NCBI GenBank assembly: GCA_964584305.1
Contig: CAZOZL010000002.1
Span: 211,336 to 275,335, forward strand
Direction of reading: 5' to 3'
Length of the DNA stretch: 64,000 nt
From: an uncultured Burkholderiales bacterium
GTDB taxonomy: Bacteria > Bacteroidota > Bacteroidia > UBA8524
The notes beneath the pieces are model-generated. The model was not told the DNA's origin. It saw only the letters and a list, made by a program, of their open reading frames with translations, and ran no database searches. Positions 28,291-38,198 of the stretch are shown one piece after another (positions within the stretch are counted from its first letter, which is position 1; every line of letters starts with the position of its first letter). A program made the translations under genes and the position numbers.

Positions 28291-29328
28291 TTACTCAGAA
28301 AAATTTTTCTTAAATGGCTTCAGAAGATAGTAGCTTAGTTTACCTAACATATTTAAGAGTACTAATATATATGTTGTTTTACTACTAAACATCTTATTAG
28401 GATAACTTGCAAAACCTAAGCACAAAATTCTAAATGCATACATAGGAGCACCTATTTTTAGTTTACGGAATGCTTGTTTATGGATTACATTTTTTATGTA
28501 TGCTCCTTGCAATACATCATCACTAATGGAGGCACTTCTTAGCATTTCGGTGCTTCTTTCAAAAGTACTGCGATACTCATCTATATAGTACTTTAATGCC
28601 CCACTTTTATTTTGTTGTGCCTGTTGATTATTTTGATGCCAGCGGTATCCAAAAAAAGGAAAATCGATAAAATAACAGTACTCCGTTTCTGCTAATACCT
28701 TCCAATGAAACCATTTATCAGGATTGTACAAGCGCGAGCCGCTATAACCACCTACTTTTTCATAAATCTCTTTGCTATATATTGTTGCCGCAAAATATAA
28801 CGGTCCCATAAAGGTTTTCATACTTCTTTTCAGTAGATCGCCAGATTTTATCTTATATACTTTGTGTCCAATTTGTTCGGTTAGTTTAGTATCAATATCG
28901 CTTTCAAACCAAAGTTTTCTTGGAGGAGAAATATACCCTAAATAATTTCCATCAGCGTCTATTTTTTGACAAGTCGTACCTGCCATAGTAAAATTATCCC
29001 CTTCAATATCTTTTAATTTCTTAAAAACCTCTAACGCGCCAGCATTCATCACATCGTCCGATGAAAGAAGTATCATATACTCTCCAGTTGCATTTTGAGA
29101 CACGGCATCTAAATTTCCGGCAAAACCTAAATTAGTGATATTTTGATGTGCCTTAACTCTTGAGTCTTTGTTAACGTATTCTTGAATTACTTCCCAAGAG
29201 TTATCTGTGCTTTTATTATCAGATATCAATACCTCAAAATTATCGTACTCCTGCTTTAATACCCCATTAATCGTGTCGCCAATGTAGTTGCCGTAATTAA
29301 AGTTTGGTATACATACAGATATTTTCAT
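28291..29328 (-). CDS. Family 2 glycosyltransferase
   Basis: ISVCIPNFNYGNYI...ISDNKSTD...SSDD GT-A motifs. Confidence 0.85.
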   Translation of the reverse strand: MKISVCIPNFNYGNYIGDTINGVLKQEYDNFEVLISDNKSTDNSWEVIQEYVNKDSRVKAHQNITNLGFAGNLDAVSQNATGEYMILLSSDDVMNAGALEVFKKLKDIEGDNFTMAGTTCQKIDADGNYLGYISPPRKLWFESDIDTKLTEQIGHKVYKIKSGDLLKRSMKTFMGPLYFAATIYSKEIYEKVGGYSGSRLYNPDKWFHWKVLAETEYCYFIDFPFFGYRWHQNNQQAQQNKSGALKYYIDEYRSTFERSTEMLRSASISDDVLQGAYIKNVIHKQAFRKLKIGAPMYAFRILCLGFASYPNKMFSSKTTYILVLLNMLGKLSYYLLKPFKKNFSE

Positions 29329-30050
29329 TATTTTTGGTTGAGGTATTCTTCAAAGGCAAGTTTTGCTTCGGGCGTACCCATATCCCAAATTTCTTGAGCC
29401 ATTGAAAGTGTTATATGTTTGTTTTTTTGTATGTATCTATTGTAAAGTGGCATTATATAATACTCACCTTTAACGGTTTTTTTACTGGCTATTAAGTTTT
29501 GTGCTTCTTGCTGGAAGTACTTTGTATCGCTAAAATAGTAAAGCCCTGTACTGGCATTGTCTGATATGCGTTGTTTTTCTGCTACTTCTATAACATTTCC
29601 CACTTCATTTGTTTTGGCAAAACTCCAACGGTTTCCAAGCAATTTGGCTACTGATATTATGCCTTCACAGTTTTGGGGGCTTTCTTTAATCTCATTCCCT
29701 ATATCGCTTTTTATATAAGTATCTGATGCAGCAATAAGCAGCCCCTCCCCTTCAACAAAAAATTTTTTGGCTTCTAATACTGTACATAACTGCCCTTCTG
29801 TAACATCGTCTAGTAAAACTAATTCAAAATTGACCGTGATATTGGTTTCTATTATCTGCCTTAAATTGTATTTTTCTTGGTGTTCTTTCAGAGCTACAAA
29901 TACCAATTTAGTACGAGGTATGTTTGCTACTGACTGATAGGCATGGAAAAGCATTGGCTTCCCTGCCACCTCTATTAGTGGTTTAGGAGTTGTAAACCCT
30001 ACATTGGCAAACCTGCTCCCCCTACCTGCTAGTGGTATTACAATTATCAC
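29328..30050 (-). CDS. Sugar-/alcohol-phosphate nucleotidyltransferase (GlmU/RmlA/LicC/IspD-like fold)
   Basis: N-terminal IIVIPLAGRGSRF (G-x-G-x-R pyrophosphorylase motif), 240 aa. Confidence 0.75.
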   Translation of the reverse strand: MIIVIPLAGRGSRFANVGFTTPKPLIEVAGKPMLFHAYQSVANIPRTKLVFVALKEHQEKYNLRQIIETNITVNFELVLLDDVTEGQLCTVLEAKKFFVEGEGLLIAASDTYIKSDIGNEIKESPQNCEGIISVAKLLGNRWSFAKTNEVGNVIEVAEKQRISDNASTGLYYFSDTKYFQQEAQNLIASKKTVKGEYYIMPLYNRYIQKNKHITLSMAQEIWDMGTPEAKLAFEEYLNQK

Positions 30051-30409
30051 TTATCTTTAGCTAATTCTTGAAGTTTTTTTTCGCTTAAACTATCCCAACT
30101 TTCAAACCTAAGCGCCCTATCGTCTATATATATATCTCCATTGGGTTTCCCAAAGTATATCTCATCGTACTCAATATTGTACTTGTCCAACCATTCTAAT
30201 GTAATTTTTCCAACGTTTTTTACTACCTTTCCTAAGTTTGCCTGACAAGTAGCCATATTTCGAGCTGTTTGTATAATTACATAATGCCCTTGTTTTCTAA
30301 GCCCTGAAATAAACTCCGAAGCTCCTTCTTTGGGCAATACATCAGTGTAAGATTGATTTTTTTGTTTTAGGTAACAAATGGTACCGTCTAAATCTATAAT
30401 TAATCGCAT
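30047..30409 (-). CDS. Small HAD-superfamily phosphatase
   Basis: Motif I IIDLDGTI, motif II TAR, motif III/IV GKP...IYIDDR. 120 aa. Confidence 0.8.
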   Translation of the reverse strand: MRLIIDLDGTICYLKQKNQSYTDVLPKEGASEFISGLRKQGHYVIIQTARNMATCQANLGKVVKNVGKITLEWLDKYNIEYDEIYFGKPNGDIYIDDRALRFESWDSLSEKKLQELAKDK

Positions 30410-32025
30410 AGTTCGTTTAAAATAAAGAGCCCCTGTAAATACATCATTTTCTGTCTTTCAAAGTAATCAGCGTGATAAGGCAACATTGAAAGAAATAACA
30501 GCCCCTCTATCAGTTTTATTTCTTCTAAATTATAATTACTGTCTTGTATAAGTCTATCTAAATGTTTTCTTAATTCTGTCGTATTAGGGTTATTAAATAT
30601 TGAGAATTCAAACTTGTTCTCCACACTCTCCACATAAAATAAATCGCCTACTATATAGTCATAACTGCCAGATATACTATGCCTCATTTTGGCTATATCA
30701 TATCTAGAATCACCATATATCCCTTTTTGACCAAAGCTACCTCTTGGGTCTATCAATTTTACTATCTGATTTTTCACATCATATAATATGTTGGAAAGAC
30801 AATAATCACCATGTATAATAGTAAAGTTAGTAACCGAAGAGAGAGATTTTAGTTTATCATCCAGTTTCTGAAGCAGGAATTTATAATTATGAAATTTTTT
30901 GCCATTCGCTTCAATCACGTCGTAGTCCCAAACAGATTTCCAATATTCACTTTGTTCCTGTAATGCCAACACTCTGCTTTGGGTTTTAGTAATATACATA
31001 TTTTCAATACTTGAACTATCACTTGGCACTGAGTATTTTAAGAAAAGTTTGTGCACATCAAATAAATAACTCAGTATTGATTTCCAAACAGATAGGCTCA
31101 AGTCTCCATAAACGTATAATTCTGACAGTGGCGGATAGCCGTAAAATTCTTGGGTTATAGAAACTTTACCCTCTTTAAATTCTTTTCTAAGAATGCGAGG
31201 CGTAAGAACTTGTAGTTCTTCAGGAAGAAGTATGTACCAGTTTAACTCATCATATAACTTATCATTATTCTTACTAATTTTAGTTATAGTATTGTATAAA
31301 GGGTGAATAACTAACTGATTAAAGTGTCTAGGTCTTAGTAAAGATTTTTTTGAAACAATAAAAGTCTCCATATGTCCAAAATCAAACCAGTCTACAGCTT
31401 CAATTGTTTTGATTGACCTTTTTGTGCTATAGTTCAATAAAACACTACTAAGTTCTTTTTTTTGTAGTTTTTTAGCTACACTAACACTATTTCTCAGCAA
31501 GGCAGAATCTAAGAAACTATAATACCCTGCCAGCGCATTAAAGGTATCGCCTGGCAGTTTTTGTTTATCGGTTAATGCTGTTATTTTATTTTCACTATTT
31601 GTTTCTGCCACACACCAATTTTCGCTATCCACTACGTTTGATATATAAACAAAATCTTGGTCAATATTGTATTTGTCAAATATAAGGGTGTCCCCTAGTA
31701 TAATACGTGTTCCGTAGTTTGTTTCTATATGTTGCAATCCTGCTTCAAGTGAATCTATAATTGATTTTGGGTCTACTACTTTTACTATAGTAATATTTAG
31801 CCTTTTATAATAGTGTTTCTCTAATACTTCGCTAAGTTTGTTATTCTCCGCCCTAATTACTACGATTACATTTTCAATTTCTTTACTAATAAGGTCGTCT
31901 AAAATCCAACTAATAACGGGTTTTCCGTTTATAGGTATTGTTGCATTAGATTGATGGCTCCCTATTGGTAAGCGAGTATAATCTATTTTTCCTGCTGCTA
32001 AAAGTATTGTATTTTTAATACTCAT
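30400..32025 (-). CDS. Fused nucleotidyltransferase (N-term) / APH-ChoK-family phosphotransferase (C-term); LicC-LicA-like or MurU-AmgK-like bifunctional enzyme
   Basis: N-terminal ILLAAGKIDYTRLP nucleotidyltransferase motif. The C-terminal kinase catalytic loop IIHGDYCLSNILYD (HGD-x-x-x-x-N) and a downstream Asp motif are typical of choline/aminoglycoside-kinase-like enzymes. Confidence 0.65.
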   Translation of the reverse strand: MSIKNTILLAAGKIDYTRLPIGSHQSNATIPINGKPVISWILDDLISKEIENVIVVIRAENNKLSEVLEKHYYKRLNITIVKVVDPKSIIDSLEAGLQHIETNYGTRIILGDTLIFDKYNIDQDFVYISNVVDSENWCVAETNSENKITALTDKQKLPGDTFNALAGYYSFLDSALLRNSVSVAKKLQKKELSSVLLNYSTKRSIKTIEAVDWFDFGHMETFIVSKKSLLRPRHFNQLVIHPLYNTITKISKNNDKLYDELNWYILLPEELQVLTPRILRKEFKEGKVSITQEFYGYPPLSELYVYGDLSLSVWKSILSYLFDVHKLFLKYSVPSDSSSIENMYITKTQSRVLALQEQSEYWKSVWDYDVIEANGKKFHNYKFLLQKLDDKLKSLSSVTNFTIIHGDYCLSNILYDVKNQIVKLIDPRGSFGQKGIYGDSRYDIAKMRHSISGSYDYIVGDLFYVESVENKFEFSIFNNPNTTELRKHLDRLIQDSNYNLEEIKLIEGLLFLSMLPYHADYFERQKMMYLQGLFILNELCD

Positions 32026-33233
32026 ATTGTACTAAGAAGTTCTTGATAAATAGCCTCGATTTTTCGCATATTAGTAGCAGGGTTAAACTTTTCTTTTGCA
32101 TACGCTCTTCCCTTTTTGCCCATAGTTTTTCTCAACTCAGGATTATTTATTAATGTCTCTACTGCACCTACCAACTCGTCTATTTTTACAGGACTGTTAA
32201 TAATTGTACCTCCTTCGCCATTAACAACAATTGAAGATTTCCCACTATGCCCTTGTGCCACAACTACAGGAACCCCAAGAGCCTGAGCTTCTATAGGTTG
32301 ACGACCCATTACCGCATTATTATTAGCAACTATCAAAATATCTAAAGCCGCCATTAGTTGCAATGCGTCAGAACGAAAGCCTGTAATAATAACTCTATCT
32401 TTAAGGTTATTCTCTTCGAGGTAATCTTCGATGTATTTCTTTGGGCTTTTATGTACAACGTGTCCATCGTTTAAAAGGGTATTTCCATCCTCTAATATCT
32501 TACCCACTATTATAAATTTTTGTGGTTTATTAGAGTATTTCTTTGTGAGCTTATTTGCTAAATCAAGAAAATGCCAAGCTCCTTTTTTTGCATTTACCAC
32601 GCCTACCAGTCCAATTAAAATTTCATCAGCTTTAATACCCAAATCTTCTCTAGTAGAATCGCGTTTCGAAACCGCATTTTCTACCTGATTAGGATGCACT
32701 GTATTGTTTATTATATGCAAATTTTTATGGCTTTCTAATCCGTCAACCTCATCCTCAGAAATAGCAATAACAGCAGCGCTGTTTTTTAAAACAAAACCTG
32801 AGTTTAATGCCTTATTAATTGGTGACGCAGTTATAGCATAAGAACTTCTAGAATGTTGGACTACTGGTTTACCTAATTTCTTAAGGCTTATACCTGCATT
32901 AACGGCAGCTTTATCATTAATATGAATGATATCAGGATTGATTTCTTGTGATTTTTTATAAAAACCTAGATCAGAAAAAATTGCCTTGTATTGTTTAAAG
33001 CTTGCTCTATTATACCAATTTGGTCCTGGAAAAGTCCACAATCTAGGGTAAGTATATATGTGCACTTCTATGCCCAATTCTTCATACAATTGCCTTGCAG
33101 GCCCTTCTTCAGCTAAAAGCACAATGGGCTGATATATATTTCTATCTATAGCTGTAAGAAAATACTTTAAACTTATAGCAGACCCCGTTATCAAACCATC
33201 TTGATGAATATATAGAACTTTAATTTTTGCCAT
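32022..33233 (-). CDS. GT4-like glycosyltransferase (GT-B)
   Basis: Two-domain Rossmann GT-B architecture and a C-terminal nucleotide-binding region (VVVAQGHSGKSSIVVNGEGG). Confidence 0.7.
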   Translation of the reverse strand: MAKIKVLYIHQDGLITGSAISLKYFLTAIDRNIYQPIVLLAEEGPARQLYEELGIEVHIYTYPRLWTFPGPNWYNRASFKQYKAIFSDLGFYKKSQEINPDIIHINDKAAVNAGISLKKLGKPVVQHSRSSYAITASPINKALNSGFVLKNSAAVIAISEDEVDGLESHKNLHIINNTVHPNQVENAVSKRDSTREDLGIKADEILIGLVGVVNAKKGAWHFLDLANKLTKKYSNKPQKFIIVGKILEDGNTLLNDGHVVHKSPKKYIEDYLEENNLKDRVIITGFRSDALQLMAALDILIVANNNAVMGRQPIEAQALGVPVVVAQGHSGKSSIVVNGEGGTIINSPVKIDELVGAVETLINNPELRKTMGKKGRAYAKEKFNPATNMRKIEAIYQELLSTI

Positions 33234-34667
33234 TTAAGCTGAAATTTGTTGGGGTAATATCTCTGTATGAAATTTTTGAATATTTGAAAAATTAGCGAAA
33301 TACTGATTTACTATTTCTTTTGCTTCTAGGCTTATACTAAAATCATTCTCTAACAAATTATCTAGCGTTTTATATACTTTTTCTTTGGTTTTGCAATGGT
33401 AGGTTGCCCCTTGTTGGATAAATTTTGTTTCGTGATCAAACTCGCCTTTTAAATCGATGGTTATTACAGGTTTTTCCATATACATTGCTTCTAAAGCTGT
33501 TGTTGATGCCCCCGTTAATACAACATCTGCTATTTTAATCCAATCGAAAATGGTATCTCTTCCTTGAAAACGGTCGAACTTATATACTTCACTAAGCTCT
33601 TCTGTATCATCATTCCCAATAATATTGTCGTAGTACTCAATGTTATCTTTTCCGTGAAGTTTAAAAACAAAATAATACTCTTGCTTTTTATCAACTATCA
33701 AATTCTCAAGTACTTCTAATATAGCTTTATGGTGTTCTATGCTAACTGTATGACCTGGACCTGATAGTAGTACTAAAGCAATTTTCCTGTTTTTTGGTAA
33801 CGATTGAACTACTTTTTCTTGGAAAAAAGTAGTAGGCTTAGCTTTTAGCTGTTCTCTAAGGTATGGAGCTCCTAATGTTATAACTTTATCATTGTTAATG
33901 CCTTCTTTTTTTATTAATACATTACGCGCATAATCACCAAAAACAAGGTAGTTAGAACATATGTGTAAATTCTCTATAAACTCGTCGGACAAAAGCCCAT
34001 GCATTAAATAATAAGTCTTAATGTTTTTCTTATTACATATGTCAATAATCACTCTACCAGTAAAAAGTAAATCATTGAATATATACACAAATTTTATTTT
34101 GTTTACATCAGTAATTTTATAAATAAAGCGTTTTATAATTGAGTAGTTACTATAATTATCATTAAGCAATTGTGTTATATCATCTCTATTCTCAATTCCA
34201 ATTCGAAATTTAGAAATAACATTTTGTATTTGTACGGCTTTAAATTTTGATGCCCTAATTATAATTTTTGGAATAAACACAATATCGTCTGTTTTAAACC
34301 CCTCTGAAATTGATTTTATATATTTTTTTTTATTTGTTACAAATAATGGTTTAAATTTAATTATATCTTCCTTTAAAGGTATGGCGTGTTTTAAATGACT
34401 TGGCTCGTTTATGACAACTATGCAGCCAAATGATTTAGATTTTAGTACCTTATTAAGTCTTCTTTTTGCTAAGTAGAGTTCTTTAATTGAGAAAAGAACT
34501 CTTTTTATAAGACTAATCTCACTTTTAGCATAGGCTTCACGTCCTTTAACTAATAGGTAAATTTTTAAAAAAGAGTAGTTGATAAATTTCTTTAATTCAC
34601 TAACCTCTTTTTGTTGGTTTACTGAACGATAAAAATTTAAGAATTTCTCGTCTAAGCTATCCTGCAC
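33234..34667 (-). CDS. GT-B-fold transferase resembling the CDP-glycerol glycerophosphotransferase (TagB/TagF, Glyphos_transf) family; KpsC/KpsS-like alternative
   Basis: The C-terminal motif ADVVLTGASTTALEAMYMEKPVITI parallels the TagF LITDYSS...E...KP motif. Conserved His residues (LMHGLL, KLHGKD). Confidence 0.45.
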   Translation of the reverse strand: MQDSLDEKFLNFYRSVNQQKEVSELKKFINYSFLKIYLLVKGREAYAKSEISLIKRVLFSIKELYLAKRRLNKVLKSKSFGCIVVINEPSHLKHAIPLKEDIIKFKPLFVTNKKKYIKSISEGFKTDDIVFIPKIIIRASKFKAVQIQNVISKFRIGIENRDDITQLLNDNYSNYSIIKRFIYKITDVNKIKFVYIFNDLLFTGRVIIDICNKKNIKTYYLMHGLLSDEFIENLHICSNYLVFGDYARNVLIKKEGINNDKVITLGAPYLREQLKAKPTTFFQEKVVQSLPKNRKIALVLLSGPGHTVSIEHHKAILEVLENLIVDKKQEYYFVFKLHGKDNIEYYDNIIGNDDTEELSEVYKFDRFQGRDTIFDWIKIADVVLTGASTTALEAMYMEKPVITIDLKGEFDHETKFIQQGATYHCKTKEKVYKTLDNLLENDFSISLEAKEIVNQYFANFSNIQKFHTEILPQQISA

Positions 34668-34678
34668 TTAATTATCTA

Positions 34679-35326
34679 CTAAAATTCTATAAAAGTTTTT
34701 AAAATGCTAAGCCCATTTTCGCCACTCTTTTCTGGGTGAAATTGTGTGCCAAAAATATTATTTTTCTGAAAAGCAGAGGTGAATTTTATGTCCCCAAAAT
34801 TAGTATATGACAATACATCATTTTTATTGGCAATATTAGCAAAATAAGAGTGAACGAAGTACATGTACTGTGCCTCTTGATTGTTCTGAAAAATACTTTT
34901 TTCCCAAGTTTTACCAACTGGCATATTTATTTGTGCCCATGCTACATGTGGTATTTTATTCTTACTTCCATTACTATTAATGGAGTGGAGTTTTATTATT
35001 TCACCATCTACAAGGTTTAACCCCTCGGTTTCTTCTATTTCAAAACCCTTGGTTAGCATCATTTGCATACCTAAACATATTCCTATAATAGGTATTTGCT
35101 TTTTTGATAAAACATTTTTTATCTCATCAAAAAAACCACGCTTTTTTAACTCTGAAATTCCCAGCGGGAAAGCTCCTACGCCTGGTAATACGATTCTATC
35201 GGCAGTAGCAAGTTTCTTAGGGTCATCTGTAATCTCTGTCTCAACTCCAATATGCTCAAAGGCACGTGTTATACTTAGCAAATTACTAAGCCCATAATCT
35301 ACAATTACAACTTTTTTAGTCATCAA
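34679..35326 (-). CDS. HisH-like class I glutamine amidotransferase (WbuY/PseA-partner type, not histidine biosynthesis)
   Basis: Catalytic Cys in IIGICLGMQ and His-Glu in the FHPEKS region. It is adjacent to the HisF-like and amidotransferase genes in a glycan locus. Confidence 0.85.
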   Translation of the reverse strand: MMTKKVVIVDYGLSNLLSITRAFEHIGVETEITDDPKKLATADRIVLPGVGAFPLGISELKKRGFFDEIKNVLSKKQIPIIGICLGMQMMLTKGFEIEETEGLNLVDGEIIKLHSINSNGSKNKIPHVAWAQINMPVGKTWEKSIFQNNQEAQYMYFVHSYFANIANKNDVLSYTNFGDIKFTSAFQKNNIFGTQFHPEKSGENGLSILKTFIEF

Positions 35327-36068
35327 AACGTACGTTTAAATCATGTTCACGCGCTAGTTGTTTTACTTCGCGTATGGTTGTTTTCTTAAAGTGTAGTTGT
35401 TTAGCAATTGCAACTGCATCAGCATATTGGCAAGCATCAACAAAGTCCATAGGTTTGCCAAAACCGCCGCTTGCTATTATGGGAACATCTACAATTTGAG
35501 AGACTCCTTTAATCAAATCTATATCCATACCTTTTGAAGTGCCATCCATATCCACAGAGGTTAAGAATATTTCTCCTGCACCTCTATCAACCCCTTGTTT
35601 CACCCATTCCATAACATCAATATCGGTAGCTTCTCTTCCAGTATCAATATAGCACACCCATTTACCAGGGGCTGTTTTTTTGGCTTGAACACTAAGTACC
35701 ATACATTGATTACCAAAGTTTTTAGCAACCTCGGTAATCAATTCAGGATTTTTTATTGCGCCAGTATTTATAGCAACCTTATCCGCTCCACTTCGCAACA
35801 TTTCTTGTGCTTGTTGCACCGAACGTATTCCTCCACCTACTGTTATAGGTACGAATACATTACGGGTAGTTTCAGAGACTAACTCTTTCATAGAGTTACG
35901 GTTGTATAAACTGGAGATTGAGTCTATATATATAATTTCATCAATTCCACTCTTATAATAATCTATAAAGAAGGGTTTGGGGTCTCCCAAGAAACGCCAG
36001 CCTTCTAGGTGAATACCTTTAATAAGACGGTTTAATTTTATATCAAGTCTTGCAATGACTCTTTTCAT
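35316..36068 (-). CDS. HisF-like cyclase subunit (WbuZ type)
   Basis: TIM-barrel HisF motifs (RLDIK, VGGGIRS, DKVAINT, SGG). Confidence 0.85.
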   Translation of the reverse strand: MKRVIARLDIKLNRLIKGIHLEGWRFLGDPKPFFIDYYKSGIDEIIYIDSISSLYNRNSMKELVSETTRNVFVPITVGGGIRSVQQAQEMLRSGADKVAINTGAIKNPELITEVAKNFGNQCMVLSVQAKKTAPGKWVCYIDTGREATDIDVMEWVKQGVDRGAGEIFLTSVDMDGTSKGMDIDLIKGVSQIVDVPIIASGGFGKPMDFVDACQYADAVAIAKQLHFKKTTIREVKQLAREHDLNVRFDD

Positions 36069-36069
36069 A

Positions 36070-37275
36070 TTATACAGTAGGGAATTTCAGTTTCCACTCT
36101 CCATTTACTTTCTCCCAAAGATGAGGGGAACGTGATACGTCTATTACTTCCCAATATTTCTCTTCAGTAATACCCATATATTCTATTACATCTTGGAAGT
36201 ATTTTTTAGGAAATTCGCCATCGTATTTTTTCATTAAATCAACAGCCTCTTCACGGGTAATAAAGCCGTCACGAATATCACGGTTAGCATCATTCATTGC
36301 TCTACCTTGACCGAATTTAGCATACATAGTATAGTAGTGTTGTCCGTCTATTTTATCATCTAAACTAGCAAACTTGGTATATGTGCCTTCACTACGTCCA
36401 TCAGGGTTAGATTCGAAGCCAGTGTTTTCTTTAACATAGTAATAGTTCTCTTGTGGAGACCAGTTTACATAATAGCTAAAGAAGTGAACTTCCATATTAA
36501 TTTTACGTACTTCTTCTTCTAATAATGGCTTATATAAAAACAAATCATTATCAGTAATGTCATAATTTTTCTTTAAATCATTTATATGAACTCCACCAAA
36601 GTATATATCTTCATCGTAGGATTTTGTACTAAAATGGCTTATGTCCATTAGTGGAGAAAGATTTTCGCTAAAGTGATTGTGTGCCTCGGCTTGGTTTTCT
36701 CCATACATAATTAAAGGCACATCGTATTGTATTGCTGCACGTGGTGCAACATTCTTTTGCCCTATAATAAAAGGTTGGAATGGATTTACTAAGTTTTCGA
36801 AGGCTAAACGAGTGAGCAAGCGATGTACTTTACCATTTGGCGTAACTTTAATATTATCCAAACCAGCGTCAATCATATGATTAAAGTTTTTCCACCCAAT
36901 ATCTGTGTACATATGTGGTGCCCATGTAACAGTTAAAGGGTTCATGTTATACTTGTTTTTAAGCAAGTGTGCTACATAAATACTATCCTTACCACCTGAG
37001 GCTGGAACTACAACATCATAACGACCATCATTTCTACGGTGGCGGTCACAAAGTTCAGTCAATTCTTTTTCTCTATCATCCCAATTTATTTGGGTATTTT
37101 TATACTCAAACCACTTACAGGTATCGCATATACCATCCTCCCCAAAACCGACAGTATCAATAATAGTATCTACCTTTTTAAACTCACGTTGAGTACTTGG
37201 TCTTTGATTTGAGATTACACATTTTTTGCAAAAAATTACATTTTCGGGTAATCCGTGAAGTGTTGTTTGTGTCAT
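36070..37275 (-). CDS. N-acetyl sugar amidotransferase (WbuX/PseA/WbpG family, PP-loop ATP pyrophosphatase)
   Basis: PP-loop SGGKDS and N-terminal Cys cluster (CKKC...CDTC). It is co-located with the HisH/HisF homologues, as in E. coli O145 wbuXYZ and C. jejuni pseA-hisH-hisF. Confidence 0.8.
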   Translation of the reverse strand: MTQTTLHGLPENVIFCKKCVISNQRPSTQREFKKVDTIIDTVGFGEDGICDTCKWFEYKNTQINWDDREKELTELCDRHRRNDGRYDVVVPASGGKDSIYVAHLLKNKYNMNPLTVTWAPHMYTDIGWKNFNHMIDAGLDNIKVTPNGKVHRLLTRLAFENLVNPFQPFIIGQKNVAPRAAIQYDVPLIMYGENQAEAHNHFSENLSPLMDISHFSTKSYDEDIYFGGVHINDLKKNYDITDNDLFLYKPLLEEEVRKINMEVHFFSYYVNWSPQENYYYVKENTGFESNPDGRSEGTYTKFASLDDKIDGQHYYTMYAKFGQGRAMNDANRDIRDGFITREEAVDLMKKYDGEFPKKYFQDVIEYMGITEEKYWEVIDVSRSPHLWEKVNGEWKLKFPTV

Positions 37276-37279
37276 TTAT

Positions 37280-38185
37280 TTACTTTTTAATTAAAATACT
37301 TCTTGAGTTAATTGAAAGAATATCGGCAATTCTAGAATCCTTTAAAATAGGAACTCTATGAACATACCTAAATAAAAATTTAAATATATGCTTACCAGGA
37401 ACAGATACATTAAACCATTGTATTTTGTATCCGGTTTTAATTGCAATTTGTTTAAATTTTTTAATTGTTATACCATTTAAATCTTTATATGCTCTTATGT
37501 CTTTAACCTTTGTAGGTTTATCTACCAAACCAGGATAAATTTTATAAAGATTTTTATTCTCTTCTGCCAGCTTAATCATTACATTACAAATAGTTTTCTC
37601 ACTAAATAAAACATTTGCCCATGGTATTTTTAAACCATGTTTAAGATGTAAGCCATATTTGCTGTAGATTGATGGAAATGCTGGAACAAATAACATTCCA
37701 CCCGGTCTCAATATTTTATGTACTTGCTCCATAACTTTTGCAGGTTCCATAAAATGCTCAAATACATTGTCTGCAATTACGATGTCAAAGCTTTCTGGTT
37801 CAAAAGTCATCTCATAGGCATTCATCTCCAAATACTCCACAGGTAATCCTTTTTCAACTCCTATCTTGTCTTCTACCATCTTTTTGAACTTATTGGCTAC
37901 AGACAGGTTTTTTGTATTCAGGTCAATTGCTTTTACACTCTTAGCCATGTTTATGGCCATAAACATGGATATACCTCCGTGTCCACAGCCTATTTCTAAT
38001 ACCTCTTTATCTAAAAAATCTATATCCAAACCATGTTTAACTTTTCTAAAGTATTGATTATGTAAAGCATAATTCATTAGGTATTCATCCGACTCAAAAT
38101 CTTGTCCTGTATATTTATACTCTTTCTTATATGGGCTTGACCACATTTTAGAAAGCTTATATAAAATTATTTCGTTAAGCTTCAT
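37280..38185 (-). CDS. Class I SAM-dependent methyltransferase
   Basis: Motif I LEIGCGHGG and the acidic post-I residue (IDLN). Confidence 0.8.
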   Translation of the reverse strand: MKLNEIILYKLSKMWSSPYKKEYKYTGQDFESDEYLMNYALHNQYFRKVKHGLDIDFLDKEVLEIGCGHGGISMFMAINMAKSVKAIDLNTKNLSVANKFKKMVEDKIGVEKGLPVEYLEMNAYEMTFEPESFDIVIADNVFEHFMEPAKVMEQVHKILRPGGMLFVPAFPSIYSKYGLHLKHGLKIPWANVLFSEKTICNVMIKLAEENKNLYKIYPGLVDKPTKVKDIRAYKDLNGITIKKFKQIAIKTGYKIQWFNVSVPGKHIFKFLFRYVHRVPILKDSRIADILSINSRSILIKK

Positions 38186-38198
38186 ATTAGTCCTAAAA

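Noticed and set aside
34679-36068. HisH/HisF homologues as histidine biosynthesis genes
   Set aside because: No other his genes are present. They are adjacent to a PP-loop N-acetyl-sugar amidotransferase inside a glycan operon, which is the known WbuY/WbuZ (PseA-partner) arrangement.
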